Positions 7,209-16,071 of a DNA stretch of 26,321 bases are shown here, in pieces. The DNA lies in the IMG/VR virus record IMGVR_UViG_3300016263_000839, positions 1-26,321 of that record. One strand, given 5' to 3'. The translations under genes were made by a program, and so were the position numbers. Under the pieces are notes generated by a model. The model searched no databases, was not told the DNA's origin, and was given only the letters and a program-made list of their open reading frames with translations. This stretch comes from a virus (taxonomy: Duplodnaviria; Caudoviricetes). Each line of letters begins with the position of its first letter. Position 1 is the first letter of the stretch.

Positions 7209-8733
7209 CCGACACACGTTCGATGAGGCCCGTGGCTGGCACGCGTTCCTGAGCGACGCCTACCGCGGCGGATGGCACTGGGAGCACCCGAGCTCACCGA
7301 CGCTGGGCACCGCGCGCCTCTACGGCTACGAGCTGCGCCGCACCGAGAGCGGTCGAGAGGTCGCCGTCGAGGTGCCACGCGGCACCGAGCGGACGTACCT
7401 CGTCCCGTGGCAGGGCGAGCAGCCCGCCGACTTCCGACGCCGTCGGCACCTCGCGTTCTACGCCAACCTCGCCGAGCCCGTGGTCGACGCCTACGCCGAC
7501 GCGGTTGCGCCTGGCGTGTCGCGCGACCTCAGCGACCTCGGCCCCTACGTGCAAGATCTCGACGGCGAGGGATGCCGGTGGCCCGAGCACGTCAGCAACG
7601 TCGCGAGGCAGATCGCCGTGCACGGCGCCTGCGCCGTCGTGATCGAGCCGCCGCGCCGCAACGCCGCGACGACCCGCGAAGAGGAGATCGCTGCGAAGGT
7701 CAGCGTGCGCGCTCGCGTCATCCCGCCGACCGCGTGGGCGTGGGCGCGCTACGACGACGACGGGCTGAGCGAGTTCGCGTACGCCGACGACGCCGTCGTG
7801 GACGAGACGCGACAGACGCAGATCGTCACCATCTGGCGCTACACCCGCGAGGGCTGGGAGCGTCACGTCGCCAGTCTCGGCACGTCGCAGGGCGTCGGCG
7901 AGGCTGTGCTCGGCCAGCCGGTGTCCAGCGGTCCCAACGCCGTCCCCGGCAAGGTTCCGGTCGTGTTCGCGGCGCACCGTCGCGACCCGCTCTCGCGCGT
8001 GCCCTCGGGCCGCTCGCTCGCGGCGACACCGGCTGCGATCGGGCGACAGGTCTACCAGTTGCTGTCGCAGGTCGAGGACACGCAGCGCCGCGCGCCGCCG
8101 TTCCTGTCGGTGCCGACGACGGCGCGGGGTGGCATCGAGCCCGAGGTCGACCTGCGCGTCGGCCCCGGCACCGCGCTCCCTGCGCCCGAGGGCGCGGGCT
8201 CGCCGCAGTGGGTGACGTTCCCGCCAGACAGCCTCACCGACCTGCGCACGCACTGCCTGTTCCTGATCGCGCTCGCCTACCGGACCGCGGGCCTCGAGGT
8301 GCAGGCCGACCAGAGCGCGCAGACGCAGAGCGGCGAGGCGCTGCGGGTGCGGTCGCGGGACTTCGAGGCGCGCGCTCGGCAGTTCGCGCAGGACCTCGAG
8401 GCGTACGAGCGCAAGGCGCTGTCGCTGGTGGCCGACCTGCTCGGCGTCGACCTCGACCGCGTCACCGTGACGCTCACCTACCCCAAGCGTTTCGTGGCCG
8501 ACGATCCCGCCGAGGCGCTTGCGAAGGCGACGCTGCTGCTGACGCAGGTCGGCGACCGCATCGGCGCGACGGGCACGGTGCTCGCGATCCGGCAGGCGAT
8601 CAGTGCCGCGCTCGCGCTGGACGACGAGACGCTTGCGAAGGTCGTCGCGCAGATCGAGACGGAGTACGCAGAGTCCGAGCAGGAGCGCGAGGGCAGGCCC
8701 TCGCAGCCGCCGCCGCCGCCAGCCGAGGAGTGA
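7201..8733 (+). CDS. Portal protein
   Basis: 510 aa directly after TerL; FRRRRHLAFYAN, QDLDGEG, GKVPVV, QSGEAL motifs typical of SPP1 gp6/DUF4055-like portals. Confidence 0.85.
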   Translation: MDDRHTFDEARGWHAFLSDAYRGGWHWEHPSSPTLGTARLYGYELRRTESGREVAVEVPRGTERTYLVPWQGEQPADFRRRRHLAFYANLAEPVVDAYADAVAPGVSRDLSDLGPYVQDLDGEGCRWPEHVSNVARQIAVHGACAVVIEPPRRNAATTREEEIAAKVSVRARVIPPTAWAWARYDDDGLSEFAYADDAVVDETRQTQIVTIWRYTREGWERHVASLGTSQGVGEAVLGQPVSSGPNAVPGKVPVVFAAHRRDPLSRVPSGRSLAATPAAIGRQVYQLLSQVEDTQRRAPPFLSVPTTARGGIEPEVDLRVGPGTALPAPEGAGSPQWVTFPPDSLTDLRTHCLFLIALAYRTAGLEVQADQSAQTQSGEALRVRSRDFEARARQFAQDLEAYERKALSLVADLLGVDLDRVTVTLTYPKRFVADDPAEALAKATLLLTQVGDRIGATGTVLAIRQAISAALALDDETLAKVVAQIETEYAESEQEREGRPSQPPPPPAEE

Positions 8734-8736
8734 TCC

Positions 8737-9195
8737 ATGGCCGTCGTCCCGATCAGAGGTCTCACTCGTCTCCGCGAGATCGACAAGGCCGCGGCGCTCG
8801 CCATGGCCGCGATCGGGCGCGTCCCTGGCGCAGCCATCGTCCTCCCCAACGATGCGTTGCAGAAACTCCGTTGGCTCGAGCGCGGAGGCAGAGACTTCCG
8901 CGAGGTGACCAACGTCATGAAGGCCGAGGTCAACGATGCCTTCGTGGACGCCCTCCGCAAGGTCGCGGCTGGCAAGGCGCCGGTCAGCGCGCCGTGGAAG
9001 GCCGCAGCCGAGGCTTACCGCGACCGCCTCGCGACGCGCCTCGCGACGAGCGGTGGCGACGTGCGGAGCCGCCTGCGCAAGCTCAAGCCATCGACCATCC
9101 GCCGCAAGGGCCACAGCCGCATCGGCGTCGACAGCGGCCTGCTGCTCAAGCAGGTATCGACAGCCGCCACCAGAGTCACCCGAGAGAACGCATGA
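8737..9195 (+). CDS. Putative neck/tail-completion (virion morphogenesis) protein
   Basis: LKPSTIRRKGHSRIGVDSGLL resembles the L.PSTI.RK.S..PLIDTG.L motif of phage virion morphogenesis proteins. Confidence 0.6.
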   Translation: MAVVPIRGLTRLREIDKAAALAMAAIGRVPGAAIVLPNDALQKLRWLERGGRDFREVTNVMKAEVNDAFVDALRKVAAGKAPVSAPWKAAAEAYRDRLATRLATSGGDVRSRLRKLKPSTIRRKGHSRIGVDSGLLLKQVSTAATRVTRENA

Positions 9196-9443
9196 CCCCA
9201 ACATGGCTACGCACCCATGACGACGCGCTCGACCTCCTGCGCTACGCCGTGCCCGGCGCGGTGATCGAGCTCGCTCCAACCCGCGGCGGGGGCGACGGCG
9301 CCCGCGCCTACCAGATCACCCTCGTCGGCGCGCGCGTGCGCGTCACCGGCGGCGACACCTACCACTTGCCCTGCCTCGCTGCGCCCATCGCGCGGCGCGC
9401 GCGGGAGATCGCAGACGGCCTGCGGGATGCGGCGCGACAGTGA
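9192..9443 (+). CDS. Hypothetical protein, 83 aa
   Basis: ATGA overlap with the upstream stop; MTPTWLRTHDDALDLLRYAVPGAVIEL...; strong GC3 bias. It is the real 3' part of the 7272..9443 track ORF. Confidence 0.65.
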   Translation: MTPTWLRTHDDALDLLRYAVPGAVIELAPTRGGGDGARAYQITLVGARVRVTGGDTYHLPCLAAPIARRAREIADGLRDAARQ

Positions 9444-9481
9444 TTGCGCTTGACACCGACGCCGTGCGAGAATCGACGCAC

Positions 9482-10009
9482 ATGGACAACGTCCAGCCCA
9501 ACCCAGCTCCCGTCGTCGCAGCTCCCGTCGTGGCGCCGCCTGCGCCCGCTCCGGTCGTCGTGGCCCCGCCGCCGCCCGCGCCCGTCGTGGTCGAGCCGCC
9601 GAAGCCCGTCGAGCCGCCGAAGCCTGCCGCCACGCCGCCGGCGCACGACGGCCACGACGTGATGCGCCGCGCGCTGGTGCGGTCTGAGGTCGTGCGCGTC
9701 GCTGAGCGCGTCGGCGCGATCGACGCTGACACCGTGCTCGCGCTGGTCGCTGACCAGTTCACCGTCGCGGACGACGGGCGCGTCGTGGTGTCGCGCGACC
9801 CGCGACTGTCGATCGAAGACCACCTGCGCGGCTACCTCGCATCCAAGCCCTTCCTCCTGCGCCCGCTGGCGCCCGCCGGTGGCTCCCCCGCCGCCGCGGT
9901 CGTGCAGCCTCCGCAGGCGCCTGCGCCGCCCGACCTGACCTCGGCCTCGGGGCTCACTGAGCTCGCGCGGAAGACCGCCGTCGCGCTGGGGCTGCGTCGA
10001 GGAGTCTGA
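9482..10009 (+). CDS. Putative capsid scaffolding protein with Pro-rich N-terminus
   Basis: Upstream of the capsid gene; P/A/V-rich N-terminus; AIDADTVLAL and YLASKPFLL..GGS motifs seen in phage scaffolds. ATG 9482 is preferred over 9440. Confidence 0.65.
   Translation: MDNVQPNPAPVVAAPVVAPPAPAPVVVAPPPPAPVVVEPPKPVEPPKPAATPPAHDGHDVMRRALVRSEVVRVAERVGAIDADTVLALVADQFTVADDGRVVVSRDPRLSIEDHLRGYLASKPFLLRPLAPAGGSPAAAVVQPPQAPAPPDLTSASGLTELARKTAVALGLRRGV
9590..9625 (+). repeat. 18-bp tandem repeat x2 encoding VEPPKP
   Basis: gtcgagccgccgaagccc followed by gtcgagccgccgaagcct. Confidence 0.85.
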
Positions 10010-10012
10010 CCC

Positions 10013-10396
10013 GTGCCGGTGCCCGCCCGCTACCAGCACATCGACTTCACACCGCCGAGCGGTGTGCGGGATGCGCTGCGCCGCGGGCTCGCGCTGCATG
10101 AGCAGGGCTACTCTGGCGACGGCCTGCAGCCCGATACGGTCGCGTGGGCGACGCGCATGGCCGGCGGCGAGGACGTGACCTTCGAGAAGGCCGCGAAGAT
10201 GGCCGCGTGGTTCGCTCGCCACGACAACGAGATCGAGCGACGCGCGCGCGAGCGCGACAAGACCTCGCCCGCCTACGTAGCGTGGCTGCTCTGGGGTGGC
10301 GACCCCGGCATGGCGTGGGCTGGAAAGCTCAAGCGCCAGATGGACGCAGCGGACTCAGACGAACTCACCGCCCGCGCGCGCGCGGGTAGGAGCTAA
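10013..10396 (+). CDS. Conserved phage head-module protein of unknown function, 127 aa
   Basis: DFTPP..V...RRGL, M.AWFARH, AWLLWGGDPG.AWA pattern that I recall from phage head-morphogenesis-associated proteins. Confidence 0.7.
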   Translation: MPVPARYQHIDFTPPSGVRDALRRGLALHEQGYSGDGLQPDTVAWATRMAGGEDVTFEKAAKMAAWFARHDNEIERRARERDKTSPAYVAWLLWGGDPGMAWAGKLKRQMDAADSDELTARARAGRS

Positions 10397-10453
10397 CGGC
10401 CCGACCCGGCGATCACGCCGCGCGCTCGGGCCTTCGCGTGATAGGCACGCATC

Positions 10454-11389
10454 ATGTCCCAGACCAACGCCCTGCTCGCGGGCATCGGCATTCGCGAGAA
10501 CGTCTCCCCCGGCATCCCGATCGACCTCGTTTCGCGGCCGACCGATTTCTACAACTTCCTCCTGCAGGGCGGCCTTGTGCGTCCCTCGAACGGCGCGCAG
10601 CCCTTCGAGTGGAACGTGCAGTACAGCTCGACGGACAACGCCGAGATCTTCGTCGAGAACCAGGCGATCGGCTCGACCAACCGCCGCAACCTCGCGCGCG
10701 CCTCGCTCGCCCCGTTCTACCTCCGCGCGGTGGCCTCGGTGACCGGCCACATCCTCGATCAGGTCGCCCGCGGCGGCACCTTCGAGGACCTGCTGCAGGC
10801 CGAGATCGGCAACGCCACGAAGGACCTCTACTCGCTTCTCGAGAGCACGCTGCTCGGGTCCACGCAGGACCGCGGCATCGCGTCGATCGTCGACAGCGGC
10901 GACACCTACGCGGGCCTCGCTCCCGGCTCCTACTCGACGTGGGCGTCCTACGAGACGGGCATCGGCGGCGCGCTCTCCGCTGCCGTGATGCACGACACCT
11001 ACGAGGCGCTCACCACGACGCCCTACAACGCCACGCCGTCGGCCATCCTCTGCGCCGCCAACCAGATCACCAACTACGTGAGCATCATGGGCGCGTCGTC
11101 GTCCTATTCGCGGATGAACCTCCCGGTGCAGGGACCGGTTGACCTCGGCCTGCTCCGCAGCGCCCCCACCTACAACGGCATCCCGCTGATCAACATCCGG
11201 CGCATGACCACGACCGAGATGTACTGGCTCGACCTGTCGAGCGGCGTCGAGCTCGTCATGCACCGCGACCTCAAGGTCGAGCCCCTCGCGAAGGTCAACG
11301 ACAACCAGGAGGTCGTCGCCTCGATGGCCTGCGCGCTCAAGGTCGCCAACCGTCGCAAGCACGGCAAGCTCACCGGCATCACGGCCTGA
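10454..11389 (+). CDS. Major capsid protein (HK97 fold inferred)
   Basis: 311 aa after the scaffold; strongest codon bias in the window; FEWNV, YNGIPLI, EPLAK, LKVANRRKHGKLTGI C-terminus typical of major capsid proteins; double stop TGATAG. Confidence 0.85.
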   Translation: MSQTNALLAGIGIRENVSPGIPIDLVSRPTDFYNFLLQGGLVRPSNGAQPFEWNVQYSSTDNAEIFVENQAIGSTNRRNLARASLAPFYLRAVASVTGHILDQVARGGTFEDLLQAEIGNATKDLYSLLESTLLGSTQDRGIASIVDSGDTYAGLAPGSYSTWASYETGIGGALSAAVMHDTYEALTTTPYNATPSAILCAANQITNYVSIMGASSSYSRMNLPVQGPVDLGLLRSAPTYNGIPLINIRRMTTTEMYWLDLSSGVELVMHRDLKVEPLAKVNDNQEVVASMACALKVANRRKHGKLTGITA

Positions 11390-11404
11390 TAGGAGACCAC
11401 GACC

Positions 11405-11749
11405 ATGGGTGCATTCACTTCCGTCACGCAGATCAGCAACGAGCTCCACACGCACGGTCGCCGCGCCGTCGTCACCGCAGTCGGCCCCGCGTCCTACGAC
11501 GCTGGCGGCTCGGTGATCGACCTCTCGGCTCTCACGGGCGGCGGGTTCAACAAGGTTCACGGCGTCACGCTCATCGGGCAGGGCACCGCCGCGAACGATC
11601 GCTACCAGCCGACGTTCATTCACGCAGCCGCCTACGCCGCCGCGACCGGCAAGCTCAAGGTCCGCGACATCAACGCGACCGACAGCGCCGCCGAGGCCAG
11701 CGGCGACCTCTCTGCCGTGACCTTCGTCCTCGAAGTGATCGGCGTCTAG
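11405..11749 (+). CDS. Putative head decoration/cement protein
   Basis: AGGAG RBS; 114 aa beta-rich (SYDAGG..IDLS, KLKV, E..GDLS) directly after the capsid gene with similar codon bias. Confidence 0.6.
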   Translation: MGAFTSVTQISNELHTHGRRAVVTAVGPASYDAGGSVIDLSALTGGGFNKVHGVTLIGQGTAANDRYQPTFIHAAAYAAATGKLKVRDINATDSAAEASGDLSAVTFVLEVIGV

Positions 11750-11769
11750 CCCACAGGAGTCCAACAATC

Positions 11770-12432
11770 GTGATCGTTCTCCCCCTCGCCTTCGACCGCT
11801 GGGCCACCGTCGAACACCTCGGCGACCAGCAGCGCCGCGCCTACATCGCCGACGAGCTGCGTCGGCTGGACCGCGATGGCGCCCCGCTGCTCACCGTGGC
11901 GCTTTCGCAGACCGACGACGCCGTGCGGCACATCGCTGTGACTGCGCTGCGCGACAACGCCGACGGCGAGGGGAGGACGATCTACGACCACGGGCGCCAG
12001 TGGGTGCTGGCGCTCGTCGAGGGCGAGGCGCCGCCAGACCGCGACGCGCAGGGTCGGCAGTTGCCGCCTGAGCTGCGCGGCAAGGTGCTCCGCACGAAGG
12101 TCGCCAACCTCGGCGGCAACGTCCCGGCGACCGCGGACAAGCACGAACTTGGTCGATGGAACGCCGAGGCGCGTCAGTCGCGCGAGCGGTCGCGCGGCGA
12201 CCTCTACCGCTACGTCGACATCACCCGCAGCCCCTCGCCGTTCGCCTTCGAGGACGCGGTCAAGGTTCTCTCGATGTGGGGCGTCGGCGTGAGCGCGAAG
12301 CAGTACCGGCGCGCCTCAACGCCCGACCGCCGTGGCGTCGACGAGGAAGCTCACGGCCAGTGCCTCTGGCTCGTCGCCGAGCACCCGCCGAAGCCCGCGG
12401 CGCCCGCGCCCACCTCGAAGAAGGCGGCCTGA
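11770..12432 (+). CDS. Hypothetical protein, 220 aa
   Basis: AGGAG RBS, GTG start, GC3 bias; no recognisable motif. Confidence 0.7.
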   Translation: MIVLPLAFDRWATVEHLGDQQRRAYIADELRRLDRDGAPLLTVALSQTDDAVRHIAVTALRDNADGEGRTIYDHGRQWVLALVEGEAPPDRDAQGRQLPPELRGKVLRTKVANLGGNVPATADKHELGRWNAEARQSRERSRGDLYRYVDITRSPSPFAFEDAVKVLSMWGVGVSAKQYRRASTPDRRGVDEEAHGQCLWLVAEHPPKPAAPAPTSKKAA

Positions 12433-12433
12433 C

Positions 12434-13288
12434 GTGCGCTGGGTGCAGTACCAGGGGAGCGGCACGATCGCGTTCGACCTGTCGTCGCGTCCGTCGGGTG
12501 CTGGCACCGCGACCGTGCGCACGCTCGCAGGCGCCGCGCTCACCACGCCGACGCCGACGCTCGACAGCGTCAACACGACGCTCAGCTCGGCCGCTGCGGC
12601 AGGCGCCTCGTCGGTGTCGGTCGCCAGCGCGACGGGCATCGTCGTCGGGCGCCGCTACCTCATCGGCGGCGCCGAGGCCACCGGCGGAGAGTCGGTGCTC
12701 GTCTCGTCGATCAGCGGCACCACCATCTCGCTCGCTCGCCCGCTCGCCCGCGCGAAGGCCAGCGGGGCGACGTTTCAAAGCGCCCGCATCTCGGTCGCCA
12801 TCTCGTCGGCGTGCACCGTCGAGATCGCGCGTCAGTACCGCGTTGAGTGGTCCGACCCCGACACCGGCGAGGTGATCGCGATCCCGTTCGACGTGACGCG
12901 CTACGCGCCGCGCTCGCACCTCACAGAGTCGCTGCTGCTCGACCTCGATGCGGCGCTCCGCAAGCGCCTGCCGTCGGGCGCGTGGGTGCCCGCGCTGATC
13001 GAGCGCGCGTGGGAGATGCTGCTCGACGACCTCGGGACCAAGGAGCGCCACCCCGGCGGCTACGCTGGCGTGATCGAGCTCACGACCGCCCACGCCTACC
13101 GCGTGCGCGCGCTGGTCGCTGAGACCGACACGACCGCCGAGGGCGTGCTCTACCGCGACGACATGAGGGAGCGGTTTCGACAAGAGCTCGACCTCGCGCT
13201 CGCGAGCGTCGCCTACGACACCAACCAAGACGGCAACGCCGAGGTGGGCAAGGCCCTCTGGCGCGGCGTGCCGCTGCTCAGGTCGTAG
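12434..13288 (+). CDS. Putative head-tail adaptor with N-terminal beta-rich domain
   Basis: GTG 12434 right after the previous stop; helical C-terminal half ending YDTNQDG; lies between the head and tail genes. Confidence 0.6.
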   Translation: MRWVQYQGSGTIAFDLSSRPSGAGTATVRTLAGAALTTPTPTLDSVNTTLSSAAAAGASSVSVASATGIVVGRRYLIGGAEATGGESVLVSSISGTTISLARPLARAKASGATFQSARISVAISSACTVEIARQYRVEWSDPDTGEVIAIPFDVTRYAPRSHLTESLLLDLDAALRKRLPSGAWVPALIERAWEMLLDDLGTKERHPGGYAGVIELTTAHAYRVRALVAETDTTAEGVLYRDDMRERFRQELDLALASVAYDTNQDGNAEVGKALWRGVPLLRS

Positions 13289-13290
13289 TC

Positions 13291-13827
13291 GTGGGCTACT
13301 TCGCCGCTCACCGCACGCTGGCGCTGTCGCTGCTCACCACCGCTGCCGGTGAAGCCGGCTACACCATCACCTCGGGGCACTTCCGACTGCCGTCGGGCCC
13401 GCTTGAGACGTGCGAGCCCGACGCCGTCGAGCGCGCGGTCGAGGTGCAGATCCTGTCGTCGGCGCCGCTCGGCGGCTACCAGAACCACCTCGACGGTCGC
13501 GACCTGCGCGTGAGCCCTCTCGTCGTCCGCGTCGGCTACCGCTACGAGCCCGAGGGGTCACTTGACGCAGGCGTCGACGCCGCGCGCCTGGGCGGTGCCG
13601 ACCGCGGGTCCATCGAAGACCGCGCGAGCGAGGACGCCGCGATGATCCTCGGCTCGGTGTCGTGGCAACCGTCGTGGGCGGGGCTCGACCCGCACGTCAT
13701 TGACGTTGCGCCCGCCGAGGACGGATGGTCTGTGGAGTACCTCGAGGACCGCGCCGTGCTGTCGGTCCCGTTCAGCATGACCACGAGGGCCACCTTCCCC
13801 GGAGCGTACGGCCCCGTCACCCTGTGA
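13291..13827 (+). CDS. Putative tail terminator/neck protein
   Basis: 178 aa immediately upstream of the tail tube gene; assignment by position and size only. Confidence 0.5.
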   Translation: MGYFAAHRTLALSLLTTAAGEAGYTITSGHFRLPSGPLETCEPDAVERAVEVQILSSAPLGGYQNHLDGRDLRVSPLVVRVGYRYEPEGSLDAGVDAARLGGADRGSIEDRASEDAAMILGSVSWQPSWAGLDPHVIDVAPAEDGWSVEYLEDRAVLSVPFSMTTRATFPGAYGPVTL

Positions 13828-13834
13828 GATCACC

Positions 13835-15097
13835 GTGAGCACCACCCCGATCGATCATGTCGCGTTCGAGCATCTCGGCGCCGTCTACTTCACCGAGGAG
13901 AGCACCTTCGGCACCACCGGCGCGCAGTTGCGCCGCGCGGCGCCTGTCGGCGACTCCGTCGAGACCACCGCGACGCAGGTGCTCGTCGACGCGATGAAGC
14001 TGTCCCCGGTGCCCTACGACGCCGTGACGCCCATGGCTGGCGACAAGGGCGGCACCGTCAATTTCTCCTACTACCTGCAGCCCCCGGCCACGCTGCTCGA
14101 CGAGACGGGCACGCTGCCGACGGATGTGACGATGCCGGGGCGCATCCCGCTGCGCGTCGTGTTCGGCGGCGAGTCGATCCCCGACGTGGGCACGCAGGCC
14201 GCGACGCCGACGAGCTCGACCGCGTTCACGGTCGACAGCGGCGACGGCGCGGACTTCCCTGCGGGACAGATCATCGCCGTCGCGAACGCCACCAACGGCC
14301 TTGAGGTCGCGCAGGTGCGGTCACGCTCGACGGACGATCTCACCGTCTATCCGGCGCTCACCAACACCCCGGCGAGCAACGCCGACGTGGTGCAGATGGT
14401 CTGCTACTACCCGACGCGCACCAACAGCCGCTCGATGTCGGTGTCGGCGTCGTCGCGCGACACGTCGAGGCAGTACACCTTCAACGGGCTCAACGGGTCA
14501 TGCGCGCTGCGCTTCGAGCGCAACGCCCTCGCCCTCGCGCAGTTCACGCTCAACGCCGCGACCTTCACTGGCCCCTCGTCGCAGGGCCTTTCGGTCGCGC
14601 GGTCGGAAGACCCCGCGGGCTCGCCGCTCGCGGTGCGCAACGCGATCGTGTGGCTCCAGCCCGTCGCGACGACGACGCGCGTCGACACCGCGGTGGACAC
14701 CGTGGCGATGGAGCTCAACTTCGGCAACATCCACCTGACCAGCCTCACCGGCACGCTCGAAGGCAAGCGCGCGGTGGCGCGTGGCGAGGGGCTGGTGCAG
14801 GCGTTCGCGAAGATCACGTTGGAGATGCCCGACAACGCCGACGTTTTCTCGTGGTTCGACGCGGGCACCGAGCTGCACTTCTCGCTCATCGTCCGCGCCG
14901 GCGCCGCGGCGTCGCGACGCCACGTCGTCGTGATGGCCCCGCAGTGCGTGATCGAGTCGATCCCCGAGCGGTTCAAGGGCGAGGGCAACCTCACCAAGCT
15001 CCGCGTCGTGCTGCGCACCAAGATCAACGAGCAGTGCAGCGGCACGCTCGACAACGAAGAGCTCGCGCAGGCGCCGTTCGTCCTCGCGCTGGGCTGA
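13835..15097 (+). CDS. Major tail tube protein with inserted beta domain
   Basis: EESTFGT N-terminal motif; beta/Thr-rich 420 aa; upstream of the chaperone and tape measure genes. Confidence 0.7.
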   Translation: MSTTPIDHVAFEHLGAVYFTEESTFGTTGAQLRRAAPVGDSVETTATQVLVDAMKLSPVPYDAVTPMAGDKGGTVNFSYYLQPPATLLDETGTLPTDVTMPGRIPLRVVFGGESIPDVGTQAATPTSSTAFTVDSGDGADFPAGQIIAVANATNGLEVAQVRSRSTDDLTVYPALTNTPASNADVVQMVCYYPTRTNSRSMSVSASSRDTSRQYTFNGLNGSCALRFERNALALAQFTLNAATFTGPSSQGLSVARSEDPAGSPLAVRNAIVWLQPVATTTRVDTAVDTVAMELNFGNIHLTSLTGTLEGKRAVARGEGLVQAFAKITLEMPDNADVFSWFDAGTELHFSLIVRAGAAASRRHVVVMAPQCVIESIPERFKGEGNLTKLRVVLRTKINEQCSGTLDNEELAQAPFVLALG

Positions 15098-15106
15098 CAG
15101 GAGAGC

Positions 15107-15634
15107 ATGGACCCGACGAGCAAGACCCTCCGCGTGGTGCGTCTCAACCCGAGCGACCCTGACCCTGCGCTCGACGTGGCGGTGATGAGTCGTCCGGTCG
15201 ACGGCGACTCTCTCAGCCGCGCCGCGCGCTACCTCGTCACGCGCGACGAGTCGCTGCTGGTGTTCCGCGAGGCGATGGCGCCTACGTGGTTCCACCTGCG
15301 GCGGCTGTCCGCGGCGTGGATGGTCGACGTTCTCGACGGGCTGTTCTCGGCGCCGGCGCAGCGGATGCTCGCGTTTCGCGCGGCCTGCCACGCGGTCGAG
15401 GGAGACGAGATGCTCACGGTCGCGCAGCCTGGCTCGAAGGGCGCGCGTTTCGTCGCGACTGAGGCGCATCACGGCGTCGGCCTCGCTCCCGAAGAGTGGG
15501 TGCAGGAGATCGCCGACCGCTTCGGGCTGGAGACCGTGCAGGAGATGGGTCGCGTCGCGATCGACCTGTCGCGTCTGCCGAAGGCGGCGCGCGGCCCTTT
15601 CGGCTACTGGGCTGGGTCGGTAGCGTCGCCCTGA
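15107..15634 (+). CDS. Tail assembly chaperone (lambda gpG-like)
   Basis: AGGAG RBS; lies between tube and tape measure; in-frame slippery heptamer near the 3' end. Confidence 0.7.
   Translation: MDPTSKTLRVVRLNPSDPDPALDVAVMSRPVDGDSLSRAARYLVTRDESLLVFREAMAPTWFHLRRLSAAWMVDVLDGLFSAPAQRMLAFRAACHAVEGDEMLTVAQPGSKGARFVATEAHHGVGLAPEEWVQEIADRFGLETVQEMGRVAIDLSRLPKAARGPFGYWAGSVASP
15595..15601 (+). promoter_or_regulatory. Programmed -1 ribosomal frameshift site C CCT TTC
   Basis: X XXY YYZ heptamer in the correct phase (GGC CCT TTC); the -1 frame stays open to 16071. Confidence 0.8.
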
Positions 15635-16071
15635 GTGAGGCGCTCGGCGACGCGGCCTGTGGCTGCGACCTAGCCGAGCGCGCTGCGTCCGAGACAGACC
15701 CGCGCGGCGCCGCGGTGCTCGCCAGCGACGCCGCAGCGTGCCGCGCGGAGTGGCGCTGCCCGCTCGCCGGTGGGCGCATCGATCCGAGCGCGCTGCCCGA
15801 GACGCACCGCGCAGCGATCGATCGGGCGTCGAGGCTCTGCCACGCCGAGGCAGGTGAGATCCGCACCTGTCCGGGGTACTATCCCCGCCGTCCGGAGGCC
15901 CACCGCACGGTGACGCACCTCCGGTGGCTCCGCGCGGGCGCGCTGCACCTCAGGTGCCCGCACCCCACCGGGGCCGAGGTCGAGGCTCTCGACCTCGTAC
16001 AGGACTCTCTGGCCTCCCGCGAGCGGGACGAGTTAGAGCGAGCGAAGCGCAAGGGCAACGACCGTGGCTGA
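15601..16071 (+). CDS. Frameshift extension of the tail chaperone (gpGT-like; fused product about 321 aa)
   Basis: -1 frame relative to the 15107 ORF; no convincing start or RBS of its own; ends overlapping the tape measure start. Confidence 0.7.
   Translation, partial: RLLGWVGSVALSEALGDAACGCDLAERAASETDPRGAAVLASDAAACRAEWRCPLAGGRIDPSALPETHRAAIDRASRLCHAEAGEIRTCPGYYPRRPEAHRTVTHLRWLRAGALHLRCPHPTGAEVEALDLVQDSLASRERDELERAKRKGNDRG

Noticed and set aside
7272-9191. Long alternative + frame ORFs rich in Arg/Gly/Ala (7272-9443, 930-2405, 2009-3085, 20574-22487, 21974-23638, 23889-25166)
   Set aside because: Only their 3' parts are real genes, restarted at 9192, 2079, 2405, 21780, 22490 and 24102. The upstream parts are off-frame read-through of other genes.
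7294-9279. Long minus-strand ORFs (661 aa here; also 10355-11767, 22235-23719, 6096-7217 and others)
   Set aside because: Antisense shadows of GC3-biased + strand genes; no motifs or RBS, and stop codons are rare at this GC content.
11387-11404. Capsid read-through or frameshift into the decoration gene
   Set aside because: Double stop TGA TAG, and the next gene has its own AGGAG RBS.
13835-15097. 420-aa tail protein as a contractile sheath
   Set aside because: No sheath motifs recognised, and no separate tube or baseplate wedge genes follow; the size is explained by an inserted beta domain.
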